Source: Anaeramoeba ignava BMAN
Lineage: Eukaryota; Protista; Anaeramoebae
Assembly: GCA_028826165.1 (NCBI GenBank)
Contig: JAPDFW010000063.1
Coordinates: 1,054,001 to 1,118,000 of the forward strand
Length of the DNA: 64,000 bases
Direction: 5' to 3'
Shown here piece after piece: positions 26,503 to 38,829 of the stretch. Position numbers and translations under genes: made by a program. Below the pieces are notes generated by a model that saw nothing but the letters and a program-made list of their open reading frames with translations, was not told the DNA's origin and did not search any database. Positions within the stretch are counted from its first letter, which is position 1. The number at the start of each line of letters is the position of its first letter.

Positions 26503-29194
26503 ATGGTAATTATTCATGTTCCAACTTTGTTTTTGCAAAAAAAAAAGCATTTTATTTTGATTTGTTTTTTTTGTTGTTATTGTCCAACTTTTTTTTTTCC
26601 TATTTTCACTTTCTAGAACAAACTTGATCGTAATAAACAAGACAAAGTTAAACAATTTATTTCTTTTACAACAAGAGGGTAAACTCTTTCTTTTTCAAAA
26701 AGAATTTTAATTCTAATTCTAAATATAATTTTAATTCTAATTTTAATTCTGAATATTAATTTTAATTATAATTTTAAATATAATTTTAATTTTAATTCTA
26801 AATATAATTTTAATTCTAAATATAATTTTAATTCTAAATATAATATTAATTCTAAATATAATTTTAATTCTAAATATAATATTAATTCTAAATATAATTT
26901 TAATTCTAAATATAATTTTAATTCTAAATATAATTTTAATTCTAAATATAATTTTAATTCTAAATATAATATTAATTCTAAATATAATTTTAATTCTAAA
27001 TATAATATTAATTCTAAATATAATTTTAATTCTAAATATAATTTTAATTCTAAATATAATTTTAATTCTAAATATAATTTTAATTCTAAATATAATTTTA
27101 ATTCTAAATATAATTTTAATTCTAAATATAATTTTAATTCTAAATATAATTTTAATTCTAAATATAATTTTAATTCTAAATATAATTTTAATTTTAATTC
27201 TAAATATAATTTTAATTTTAAATATAATTTTAAATATAACTTTAATTCTAAATATAATATTAATTCTAAATATAATTTAAATTTTAAATATAATTTTAAT
27301 TCTAAATATAATTTTAATTCTAAATATAACTTTAATTTTAGTGAAAAAACTGCAATATCTGCTTTAAAAAGTTTTCGTTGGAATGTAGACAGAGCAGTGA
27401 ATGATTTTTTTGAAAATCCTCAAAAATATCCACCATCACCACCACCATCACCACCTCCATACAACAAATCATCATTAGAAAAGTTATTTCGTAAATACAA
27501 GCAATCTAATGCAAACAAAATGGATGCTCAAGGTGTTGCTAATTTTTTTAATGATCTTGGTGTTGATATGACTGATATTCTTACACTTATTATTGCTTGG
27601 AAATTACGTTCAAAAGTTTTAGGTGAATTTTCTTATGAAGAATTTGTTGATGGTTGGGGTCAATTTGGGTATTTATTGAAGATATATTTATGAAATTAAA
27701 ATTAAAATTAAAATTAAAATTAAAATTAAAATTAAAATTAAAAATCAAAATTAACATCTAAATTTAAATTAAAATTAAAATTAAAATTAAAATTAAAATT
27801 AAAATTAAAATTAAAATTAAAATTAAAATTAAAATTAAAAATAAAAATCAAAATTAAATTAAAATTAAAAAAAAATTAAAAATTTAAAAATTCAAAAAAA
27901 TTAAAATTAAAAATTAAAAATTAAAATTAAAATCAAAATCAAAATTTAAATTAAAATTAAAATTAAAATTAAAATTAAAATTAAAATCAAAATTAAAATC
28001 AAAATTAAAATTAAAATTAAATTCAAAATCAAAATTAAAATTAAAATTAAATTCAAAATCAAAATTAAAATTAAAATTAAAATTAAAATTAAAATCAAAA
28101 TCAAAATCAAAATAAAAATAAAAATAAAAATTATTTTTGTTGATTTTCTTGATTTATATTAGTTGTGATTCAATATCTGCTATGAAAAACAAATTATCAG
28201 ATTTACGAAAGGAAATTAATGATAAAACAAAATTTACAGAATTTTATTCATTTATTTTTGATTTTGGAAAAGAACATCCAGATCATAAATTTTTAAGTAA
28301 ATTTTAAAAAAAATCTCAAAAAAAATATTGATTAAAATTAATTAATTGATTTATAGAAAATGAAATTGCAAGTGCTTTATGGGAAGTTGTTTTAAAAGGA
28401 AGATTTAAATTTTTAGATAACTGGCTTGAATTCTTAAAAGTAATAATTTTAATCCATTTAAAAATTAAATTTAAAAATTAATTTAAAATTAAATTTAAAA
28501 ATGAATTTAAAAATTAATTTAAAAATGAATTTAAAAATTAATTTAAAAATGGAATTAAAAATGGAATTAAAAATGAATTTAAAAATAAATTTAAAAATAA
28601 TCCAAAAATTAAAAATAAATTTAAAAATGAATTTAAAAATGAATTTAAAAATGAATTTAAAAATGAATTTAAAAATGAATTTAAAAATGAATTTAAAAAT
28701 GAATTTAAAAATGGAATTAAAAATGAATTTAAAAATGAATTTAAAAATGAATTTAAAAATGGAATTAAAAATGAATTTAAAAATTGAATTTAAAAAATGA
28801 ATTTAAAAATGAATCTAAAAATGAATTTAAAATGAATTTAAAAATGAATTTAAAAATTAATTTAAAAAATGAATTTAAAAATGAATTTAAAAATTAATCT
28901 AAAAATGAATTTAAAAATGAATTTAAAATTAAATCCAAAAATGAATTTAAAAATGAATTTAAAAATTAAATTTAAAAATGAATTTAAAAATTAAATTTAA
29001 AAATTAATTTTAAAAAATATAAATAGAAACCACAAAATGTTAAACAAACAATTAATAAAGATACATGGAATTTATTACCAGAATTCGGAGAAACAACAAA
29101 TTTAGATTTATCAAATTATGATGAAACTGCAGCTTGGCCTGTTTTAATTGATGAATTTGTTGAATATTTACAAGAATTAAAAGAAAAAAAATAA
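26503..29194 (+). CDS. DCN1: DCN1-like NEDD8 co-E3, copy 2, 6 exons, intact
   Basis: ATG|GT; [22 protein letters not shown]|[26 protein letters not shown]...[13 protein letters not shown]...[26 protein letters not shown]. Confidence 0.92.
26715..27340 (+). repeat. 18-bp intronic tandem repeat AATTCTAAATATAATTTT
   Basis: About 30 highly homogeneous units in intron 2 of DCN1 copy 2; absent from copy 1. Confidence 0.9.
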
Positions 29195-29531
29195 TTCTTA
29201 AAAAAGAAAAAAAAGAGAAAGAAAAATTCAATTCTTTTTTCTTCTTTTAATTTCCCAAAGAAAAGCAAAAAAAAAGAAAACAAGAAAATCATTTTTTTTT
29301 TACAGAATAAATTCCAGATATTTTTTAAACACTTTTTTTTACCATTTTATTGTTATTATTTTTATTAAATTTTTTTTTTTAAAAAAGGAAAAAAATTTTT
29401 TTTCGAATTTTTTCAATTCATTTTTTTTTTTCATTTTTTATTTTTTTTTTCATTTTTGCGAATTTTGTTACAATTTTCTCAAATCAAAATTTTATAACTA
29501 AAAAGAGTACATAGAAAACAAAAGAAAATAA

Positions 29532-32432
29532 ATGAGTGAAAAAAAAGGAAAAGAAAGCAAAGATTTTTGGAAAGCAATTGAAGAAAACAACAGTTCATTT
29601 TTGAAGAAGAACAAGAAGCAGTTAATATTACAGAAGAACAAGGACAACCAGACGCTGCTTCATTACGCATGCATTAAGCGAGCGAAGCTGAGCATAATCA
29701 AGTTATTAGTGCAAAATTTGAACATCAACACAAAAGACAATCTTGGGAAAACGGCGCTGCATTATGCGTGCGAAAAAATACCGACGAAAACAGTGCTAAC
29801 GATGCTTATCAAGAACGGAGCGAACATCCACGCGCAAGACGGGGAAGATCATCTGCCGTTACACATTATATGCACAAGAAAAAGAATAACGGAAAAAGAA
29901 CTGAATTTGGTGATCCAACCGGAAACGGATGTCAATGCAAAAGATAACGAGAATAAAACCCCGCTGCACTACGCGTGCGAATATAAGCTTTCTGGGGAAG
30001 TTGTTATGGAGCTGGTACAGCGCGGGGCGAAGACCAACCAAGCGGATGTTCAGGGAAAAGTGCCGTTGCATTATTGTTGCGAAAACGGCGGACGACTTGA
30101 AGTTATTGATGTTTTAACGAAAACGACGATATCAATCAATGAAAAGGACAAGGAGGGACGCTCGCCGTTGCATTACGCATGCATCCACAAGCTGAAGGTG
30201 GAGTGTGTGAGACTTATGGTGGAAAGGGGCGCTGTTGTGAACGCGAAGGACACAAGCAAAAAAACTCCGTTACATTATGAATGTGAAAACGGAATTAGAA
30301 AGGAAGTTGTGGAGCTGTTTCTCAGCAACGGCGGCGTTGCTAATCCGAAAGACGAGAACGGATTGACGCCGTTGCTGATCTTGTTTGCCAAAACAGGGCA
30401 GTCGGAGATTGTTAAGATCCTGATCGAGAACGGTGCGGATCTCGCACTGCAGGATCAAGACCAACTTAATTCTCTTCATCACGCATGCAAAAATGCAGTC
30501 GAGACGGTTGTTCTCGAGATGATCGTCGCTAAGGGTGTGGATATCAACTCGCGAGACTCGCAGGGAAAGACCCCATTGCACTACGCGTGCGAAAATACGC
30601 CCAGAGCAGATTCCCTCGCCCTTCTTCTCCAGAAAGGCGCAGATCCAAACGCCCAAGACGCCCGTCTTCAAACACCCCTTCATTGTCTTTCTCTCTCCAC
30701 CCTCGATCCTCAGCTCTTCACAATTCTTCTGGACGCTGGCGCTGACCCCGCACTTGCTAACGACGACAAACAAACCCCTCTTCATCCCCTCTGCAAACGC
30801 GCTGGTGTTTCCCCCGTTCTCCAGCTTTTCCTCACACACAACGCCGATATCCATGTCGTCGACTCTCTCGGTCGCTCGCTTCTCCACATCGCCTGCGAAC
30901 ACGCCATAGACACACAATCCCTTGAGTTTCTTTCCCAGCACATCCCCATCGATTCCGTAGACACCTCAGGACAAACCCCAATGCACGCTGCATGCAAAAG
31001 TTCCTGCCAATCAAATCTCCAAGCCGTTGAATTTTTGTCCGGCAAAAACGCAAATATCGGAATTAGGGACACGGATGGAAAAACGCCACTTCATTGTGCC
31101 TGCGAAAATAACCCCCAAAAACCCGTTATTGAGTGGCTCATTCAGCACGGAGCGGATATCAACGCAAAGACAAACAACGAGCAATATCCGCTCCATTTTG
31201 CGTGCGAAAAAAGAGCAACTGTGGATGTGCTGGTGCTGCTTGTTGACGACAAGACAGACATCAACTGCGTGGACAAGAACCATCAAACGCCGCTGACTTA
31301 CGCTTGCATTTCGCGCGCGGATCTCGACGTTTTCAAGTTCCTGATCTCGAAGGGCGCAAACGTGAACACAAAGAACTTCTACCACCACTCGCCGCTGCAT
31401 TTTCTGTGCCTGAACCGCGCAAGCATCGATATCATAACACTATTTCTGCAGTCCGGCGCAGATGTCGAACAGAAAGACCACTATTCGCGCACTCCACTCC
31501 ATTTCGCATGCAAAAATAACGGCGACGAAAACGTCATCGACTTGCTTATCGTCACAGGCGCAAGCACAGATCTCCAGGATTACTACAACAAAACACCTCT
31601 TTGCTACGCCGCAGAAAACGGGAATCTTTCCCTTGTTAAGCTCCTCCTCTCCTACGATTCCTCCCTCTGTGGCGCTACAATCGACTCCCTAGAGCCCAAG
31701 ATCCAGCACCTCATCCGCTCATACTACTCGGTCGTCCTCGACTTCCAAAACCTCCTTCTCCGCAGAGAGCTTTCAGACTTCAAGATCAAGTGCAAAAACG
31801 GCACGCTTCTGACTCATTCCCAGATTCTCAAGGCAAGACTCTGCGGAATCTCTGCAAAAATCCATCCCGAGGAGTTCGATAACATCAAAGCTAAGCTCTC
31901 CTCTTTGTGCAAGCAGTATTCCCTCTCAGAACTCACAGACTTCTTTCTCTTCCTCTATTCGGGCTTTGTCGACATCTACAACCCCCAAAAATCCTTCAAT
32001 TTCATCAAAAAATTCGCGCTTGATCTCGGCTTCGACAACAAATGGGTCCAGCGCAAGCGTGGTCGCAAGGGTCTTCTTGCAGATCTCCAGCGGCTCTATG
32101 AAGAGCACGACACAAAGGACTTCACTATCGTTGTCCAGGGTCAGGAGCTTCATATCCACAAATCCGTTCTCGTTGCTCGCTCAAATTTGTACCGCTCTAT
32201 GTTCCTTGTCGTAGAGAAAGACCGCTCTCACCAAGTCGAGGATTCTAGCGGTAAATCCCAGACAGCTATGCACCAATTCATCAAATTCTTGTATTTCGAT
32301 ATTCTTGCTGATGGTCTTTCAACTCAAACTCTCTATGAATTTTCTGATGTCAAGGATTTTTTCCAACTTAATCCAAACTCGTATTTGAGTTATCAATTAG
32401 AGGATATTCAATCTTTGCATAAAAAGAAGTGA
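29532..32432 (+). CDS. Ankyrin-repeat (~20 repeats) protein with two C-terminal BTB/POZ domains; putative Cullin-3 substrate adaptor; intronless
   Basis: Repeated G.TPLHYAC...LL..GADIN.KD. BTB1: ELSDFKIK...THSQILKAR...FFLFLYSG. BTB2: TKDFTIVV...HIHKSVLVARSNLYRSMF...FIKFLY. Confidence 0.93.
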   Translation: MSEKKGKESKDFWKAIEENNSSFLKKNKKQLILQKNKDNQTLLHYACIKRAKLSIIKLLVQNLNINTKDNLGKTALHYACEKIPTKTVLTMLIKNGANIHAQDGEDHLPLHIICTRKRITEKELNLVIQPETDVNAKDNENKTPLHYACEYKLSGEVVMELVQRGAKTNQADVQGKVPLHYCCENGGRLEVIDVLTKTTISINEKDKEGRSPLHYACIHKLKVECVRLMVERGAVVNAKDTSKKTPLHYECENGIRKEVVELFLSNGGVANPKDENGLTPLLILFAKTGQSEIVKILIENGADLALQDQDQLNSLHHACKNAVETVVLEMIVAKGVDINSRDSQGKTPLHYACENTPRADSLALLLQKGADPNAQDARLQTPLHCLSLSTLDPQLFTILLDAGADPALANDDKQTPLHPLCKRAGVSPVLQLFLTHNADIHVVDSLGRSLLHIACEHAIDTQSLEFLSQHIPIDSVDTSGQTPMHAACKSSCQSNLQAVEFLSGKNANIGIRDTDGKTPLHCACENNPQKPVIEWLIQHGADINAKTNNEQYPLHFACEKRATVDVLVLLVDDKTDINCVDKNHQTPLTYACISRADLDVFKFLISKGANVNTKNFYHHSPLHFLCLNRASIDIITLFLQSGADVEQKDHYSRTPLHFACKNNGDENVIDLLIVTGASTDLQDYYNKTPLCYAAENGNLSLVKLLLSYDSSLCGATIDSLEPKIQHLIRSYYSVVLDFQNLLLRRELSDFKIKCKNGTLLTHSQILKARLCGISAKIHPEEFDNIKAKLSSLCKQYSLSELTDFFLFLYSGFVDIYNPQKSFNFIKKFALDLGFDNKWVQRKRGRKGLLADLQRLYEEHDTKDFTIVVQGQELHIHKSVLVARSNLYRSMFLVVEKDRSHQVEDSSGKSQTAMHQFIKFLYFDILADGLSTQTLYEFSDVKDFFQLNPNSYLSYQLEDIQSLHKKK

Positions 32433-33074
32433 AAAAAAAAAAGATCTGAAGAAGAATAAATGATGAAAGAATAAAAAATGGTGAAAGAATAAAAAATGAT
32501 GAAAGAATAAAAAAGGATTTTTATGAGAACAATTTACAACAATTTAAAAAATATTTCAAAACATTCAAAACATTTAAAACATTTAAAACATTTAAAACAT
32601 TTAAAAAATATTTCAAAACAATTTACAACAATAATTTCAAAAATATTTCAAAACAATTCAAAACATTTAAAAAATTTAAAAAATATTTCAAAACAATTCA
32701 AAAACATTTAAGAAATATTTCAAAAATACTTTCAAAAACACTTTCAAAAACATTTACAACAATACTTTCAAAAATACTTTCAAAAATAATTTCAAAAATA
32801 TTTCAAAAATATTTAAAAACAATTTACAACAATTTACAACAATTTACAAAAATATTTACAAAAATACTTTCAAAAATACTTTCAAAAATACTTCCAAAAA
32901 TACTTTCAAAAACAATTTACAACAATTTACAACAATAATTTCAAAAATATTTCAAAAAAATTCAAAACATTTAAGAAACAATTTCAAAAATAATTTCAAA
33001 ATAATTTCAAAAATACTTTCAAAAACAATTTACAACAATTTACAACAATTTACAACAATTTACAAAAATACTTA

Positions 33075-33960
33075 CAAAAATATTTCAAAATAATTTCAAA
33101 AATATTTCAAAAATACTTTCAAAAATAATTCCAAAAAATATCCTTGTTGTTTTTTAAAATAAGAAAAAAAAAGTTTCAAAAGAAGAAATCAAAACAAAAA
33201 TTTACAACATTTTTCTTAAGAATATTTACAAAAACTTAAAAATTTTAAAAATTCAAATAACTTTTAAAAATTTTTATTTACAACAGTTTAGTGATTTACA
33301 AAAATTTTTCAAAATAATTTCTAATTGATCTTTTTCAAAACTTTCTTCTTCAAAAATTTTTCAAAAATGTTTTTATCATTTTTCAAAATGATTTCAAAAA
33401 AAATTTTACAAAATTTTTCCAAAAACTTTTTTAATTTTGATTTTTAAATTTTGATTTTGATTTTAATTTTAATTTATTTTAATTTTCAAAAAATTTTTAA
33501 AACAATTTTGATTTTAGATTTTGATTTTGATTTTTTACAATTTTTACAACATTTTGATTTACAAAAATATTTCAAAATAATTTCAAAAATATTTCAAAAA
33601 TACTTTCAAAAATAATTCCAAAAAATATCCTTGTTGTTTTTTTTAATAAGAAAAAGTGAAAAGAAGAAATCAAAACAAAATTTGCAACCATTTTTCTTAA
33701 GAATAATTTAACTTCCATTTTAAAAATTATAACTTTAATATTTTTTTAATTGTTCTTAGTGTTTCTTTTGATTGCTTCTTTTGTTATTCTAATTGATCTT
33801 TTTCACTTTCTTCTTCAAAAATTTTTTCTTTTATCATTTTTTTTTGTTATTGATTAAATTGAGGAAAATTTTTTTCCACTTTGATTAATTTTGATTTTAA
33901 TTTTGATTTTAAATTTTGATTTTGATTTTAATTTTAATTTTGATTTTGATTTTGATTTTG
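33075..33960 (+). repeat. ~490-bp tandem duplication of intergenic sequence (copies at ~33075 and ~33560), preceded by short-period repeats from ~32530
   Basis: Anchors such as aataattccaaaaaatatccttgttg, aagaagaaatcaaaacaaaa and ctaattgatctttttca each occur twice, about 490 bp apart. Confidence 0.75.
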
Positions 33961-34219
33961 ATTTTGATTTGCCATCTAAAAAAAAATTTTTCATTTTGTT
34001 TTTTTTCAAAATTAAAATCAAAATCTAAAAAAAAAACAACACGCCATCAAATATCAAATTTGAAAGTTTTACCAGTTATTATTATTGTTATTATTATTAT
34101 TTTTTTTTTGTTTTAAAAATGGATTTTCCTCTTTAATTTTTGATTTTCATTTTTTTCTTTTACTTTTTTTTTTTTTTAAAAAAACAAAACAATTTAAACC
34201 AATTTTTTTTGATTAAAAT

Positions 34220-35715
34220 ATGAATATTGAAAATCAAGAATATGAAGAAAAACAAATTCCAGTTGTTGATGAGTCAATAACGACAAATTCCAGACAAGAA
34301 AATATTGAAATGGATTCAGCGTTAGAAGAAGAAAAAGAAACAGAACCCAAAAAGAAAAAGAAAACTCACAAATCTAAAGATAGAAAAGAAGGATTAGAAC
34401 AACTAACAAAAAAAGTCATTCAACTTCTTCAAACAAGTTAATTTTTCTTATCTATTTTTTGTTTTTTAATTGAAAAAAAAATTTCTTTATTGATTTTGAC
34501 TTTTTTTTTTTGTTCTTAATTAAAAAAAATTTATTAAGGAGGAGAAATGTTTTTTAAAGATATTCAAAGTGAACTCGGAATTGGATACAGAAGAGCTTAT
34601 GATATTTTAAATGGTAAATGATAATAATATAATAAAGAAAATTTCCGAATTTCAAAAAATTAAAATTAAAATTAAAATTTAAATTAAAATTAAAATTAAA
34701 ATCAAAATTAAAATTAAAATAAAATTTAAAATTAAAATCTAAATCAAAATCAAAATTAAAATTAAAATTAAAATTAAAATCAAAATCAAAATTAAAATCA
34801 AAATTAAAATTAAAATTAAAATAAAAATTAAAATTAAAATTAAAATTAAAATTAAAATTAAAATTAAAATCAAAATTAAAATTAAAATTAAAATTAAAAT
34901 CAAAATTAAAATTAAAATCAAAATTAAAATTAAAAATTAAAATTAAAATTAAAATTAAAATTAAAATTAAAATTAAAATTAAAATCAAAATTAAAATTAA
35001 AATTAAAATTAAAATTAAAAATTAAAATTAAAATTAAAATTAAAATTAAAATTAAAATTAAAAAATCAAAATTAAAATTAAAATCAAAATTAAAATTAAA
35101 ATTAAAATTAAAATTAAAATTAAAATTAAAATTAAAATTAAAATTAAAATCAAAATTAAAATTAAAATTAAAATTAAAATCAAAATTAAAATTTAAAATT
35201 AAAATTAAAATTAAAATTAAAATTAAAATTAAAATTAAATCAAAATTAAAAATCAAAATTAAAATCAAAATTCCGATTTGGAATGAAATCAAAAATTAAA
35301 TATAACCTTTTATAAATTTAGTTCTTTTAACAACACCTTTAGTTCATAAAAGCGGTAAAAAAAGAGAAAGTAAAAAACCTTATTATTATCTTGATGGAAA
35401 TAAATTACCTGAAGCAGTTGATATTTGTGACATTTTAGAACAAATTGAATTTGAAGAAAAACAACTTTCAGTTTTAAATTTATATACACAAAGAATTCAA
35501 CAAGAATTAAATAAAGAAGATGCGTAAATTTATCATAATTTTTTAAAATTAAAATTAAAATTAAAATTAAAATTTAAATCAAAATTCATTTATAAAAATT
35601 AAAATTAAAATTAAAAATTAAAATTTAAAATTTAAAAAGAATTGACATAGAACAATTGATGAAAGATTTAGAAAAAGACGAATTTTCTTTGCAAGTTAAA
35701 AGAAATACTGATTAA
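34220..35715 (+). CDS. E2F/DP-family winged-helix transcription factor (small), 4 exons
   Basis: Spliced: KDRKEGLEQLTKKVIQLLQT|RGEMFFKDIQSELGIGYRRAYDILN|VLLTTPLVHK..., containing the RRxYDxxNVL signature and followed by a coiled coil; stop TAA 35713-35715. Confidence 0.85.
34660..35270 (+). repeat. (AAAATT)n/(AAAATC)n intronic microsatellite; similar arrays at ~2690, 24840, 27700, 37000, 37860, 43660, 63300
   Basis: Directly visible; the source of the spurious [12 protein letters not shown] ORFs. Confidence 0.95.
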
Positions 35716-36524
35716 AATTTTAGTCATTACTTTTGAAATATCAAATTTTATTGAAATTTGTTTTTGGATTCTTTTTAGTTTCTTTTTCTTTTTCTTTTTC
35801 TTTTTCTTTTGTTGTTTCTTCTTTTTTTTTTTTTTAAATGAAACTTGAAACAAATTTTTAATTTAAAATTTTTAATTTTTGGGTTTAAAATTTAATTAAA
35901 GTTTTTTTTTGTTGCTCCAAAAATAATTAAAAGATAAATTATACAGTTGGAATTAAAGTAAAGATCAATTTGATTAAATAAGGATTTGAATTAAAAATTT
36001 AATTGAAATTTTTATTTTTTTTTTTCTTTTTTTCTTTTAAAAAAAATGATCCAAATAATTACTTAAAAACAACAAAGAATAATAAAACAAAAACTAAGAA
36101 ATTGAGATCAAAAAGATTTTTATTAGTTTGATTGTTTAATTTTATTTTATTTTTTAATTAAAATTATTTAAAAAGATCAAAAAAAAATAAATAAAACAAA
36201 AAATTTTTTTTTCTTTCTTTTTTAATTTTAAATAAAAAAATAAAAAAATTTTTAATAAAAATTAAGAATTAAAACGGTTTTAAAATTAATTTTTAAAGTA
36301 TAATTTATAATTTGGATAGTTTGTTTTTTTTATTAAATAAAGAATGATCAGAAAATAGAAGAAAATTTTCATTTTTTTATTTTCATTTTTTCATTTTCAT
36401 TTATTTTGAATTTAACAAAATCAAATAAAATCAATTAAAATCAAATAAAATCAAATAAAATCAATTAAAATCAATTAAAATCAAATAAAATCAAATAAAA
36501 TCAATTAAAATCAATTAAAATCAA

Positions 36525-38614
36525 ATGGGGAATTCACAAAAAATAAACACAGTAATTTCTTTAAAAAAAAAACGAGCTTATTTAAGAGTATTTGCAAATT
36601 CCAAAGAAGCAATTGTGATAGTTGATGTTTCTGGTTCTTTTGTATATGTGAATAGCTCAAGTTTGGAGTTATATCAAGCTTCAAGTGAATTAGAGCTTTC
36701 CATGCACAAGTTTTTAAACTTAAGTGCAGTTAATCAACCACAATTGGGGGTATCTTCTGAACAAGCCGAAATTAAAATCATAAACACTGTTTTAAAGTTC
36801 GTTTTTTTTTCTTTTTTAAATTTTTTCTTTGATCCACTTTTTTTTTTCTTTGAAAATTATTTGTTTTATTTATATTTTTTTTTATTTAATTTAAATTCCA
36901 AATTTTTTGGAATTGATTTTTTTTTAATTTTATAATTTAATTTAATTTAATTTCGATCAAATGATCTATTTCTATTAAAATTAAATTAAGATTAAAAATT
37001 ATAATTAAAATTAAAATTAAAATTAAGATTAAAATTAAAATTAAAATTAAAATTAAAATTAAAATTAAAATTAAAATTAAAATTAAAATTAAAATTAAAA
37101 TTAAAATTAAAATTAAAATTAAAATTAAGATTAAAATTAAAAATTAAAATTAAAATTAAAATTAAAATTTAAAGATTAAAATCTTATTCATCATAATAAT
37201 AATATTTTTTTTCTTTTTTTTTTTATATAATTAGTGAGCCAAATCAAACAACTGATTTTGATTGGGTTTTAAAAACAATAAAAAAAAAAGAGATTTGTGT
37301 TCATATTTGGGTAAATTTAAATTCAAACTCACAGTTCAAATCAAAATCAAAATCAAAATCAAAATTCAAATTCAATTCAATATTCAATTCAATATTCAAT
37401 ATTTAATATTCAATATTCAATATTCAATATTCAATATTCAATATTCATTATTCAATTCAATATTCAATATTCAATATTCAATTCAATATTTAATATTTAA
37501 TATTCAATATTCAATATTCAATATTTAATTAAAATTAAAATCAAAATTAAAATTAAAATTTAATTCAATATTCAATTCAATATTTAATTCAATTCAATAT
37601 TCAATTCAATATTCAATATTCAATATTCAATATTCAATTCAATATTTAATATTCAATATTCAATATTTAATATTCAATATTCAATATTCAATTCAATATT
37701 CAATTCAATATTTAATATTCAATTCAATATTCAATATTCAATATTCAATATTCAATATTCAATATTCAATTCAATATTCAATATTCAATATTCAATTCAA
37801 TATTTAATTCAATATTCAATATTCAATATTTAATATTCAATATTCAATATTCAAAATTAAAATTAAAATTAAAATTAAAATTAAAATTAAAATCAAAATT
37901 AAAATTAAAATTAAAATCAAAATTAAAATTAAAATTAAAATTAAAATTAAAATCAAAATTTAATTCAATATTTAATTTATGATAAAGGCTACACTAGTCG
38001 ATTTAGCAGGAGATATCACTCTTAAATTTATTATCAGACCAACAATCAACTTTTTAGATCCCAAAGTAATGAAAAGCCAAGAAATAAAGTTTTCAACACC
38101 ACAACTTTTAAACATTGATGAAAACGATCTATCTTCAACAGATCATTTCTCAAGTACAGAAAATCAGACAAACCAAAACCCTCAAAAACAGATTCTAATA
38201 TCGCTTGAAGATCAAGATCTTGAAGACACACTTGAAAACAAAATTGATGAAATAAAAATGACTGTTCGTTCTTCAGATGATCCAGATATTGAACTAAGAA
38301 TTGTGAAAGTTCTTAATTCTCTTCATAATTTAAGTACAAATTGGCTTTCTTCAAAAAATACCGAAATCCAAAAACTGTCAGAAAAAATTCAAATTGAACG
38401 TCAAAGTTTTCGCAAAAAATATCAACAATTAGAGTCTCATTTACAAAGAAGATTAGATGGTTATGAAACTGAAAGAGACGTCAAAAAAAATGTTGTTAGT
38501 GAAAATAAAGAGCTTAAAGAAAAATTCCATTTTTTGATAAAATTAATTCGTGATCAATTTCAAGTCACAGAAAAACTTTATTCTTTTTATCGAAGTGATC
38601 TTTCCACAATTTAA
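36525..38614 (+). CDS. N-myristoylation-type (MGNS) PAS-domain protein with C-terminal coiled coil, 3 exons
   Basis: VFANSKEAIVIVDVSGSFVYVN (PAS start), LSAVNQPQLG.SS, exon 2 (~37235-37310) TDFDWVLKTIKKKEICVHIW, exon 3 ATLVDLAGDITLKFIIR (PAC strands), then heptad-rich EIQKLSEKIQIERQ...ENKELKEK. Confidence 0.75.
37370..37855 (+). repeat. 7-bp intronic repeat (TATTCAA)n
   Basis: Directly visible in intron 2 of the PAS gene. Confidence 0.9.
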
Positions 38615-38829
38615 AAGCAAATGAAAAAGATCTTAATTTTCCTTTCTTTTTCTTTTTTCTTTTTCTTTTTTCTTTTTCTTTTTTTTCTTTTTCTTTTCAT
38701 TGTTTGATTTTTTTTACAAAAATAATTAAACAAAAAAACAAATTTCGAAGATTAAATTTTATTTAATTAATTTATTATTTTATTTAATTTATTTAATTTA
38801 ATTTAATTTATTTAGTTTATGATTTTTTT

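Noticed and set aside
29859-32214. Multiple overlapping alternative-frame and antisense ORFs in the ankyrin-BTB gene
   Set aside because: Expected from the higher GC content; no recognisable motifs.
34554-35292. [18 protein letters not shown] ORFs here and at ~2480, 24673, 25582, 28501, 43654, 63275; (TTAAAA)n as telomeric or retroelement target arrays
   Set aside because: Hexamer and 12-mer microsatellites in introns or intergenic DNA; no G-rich telomere unit, RT, transposase, TIR or TSD seen.
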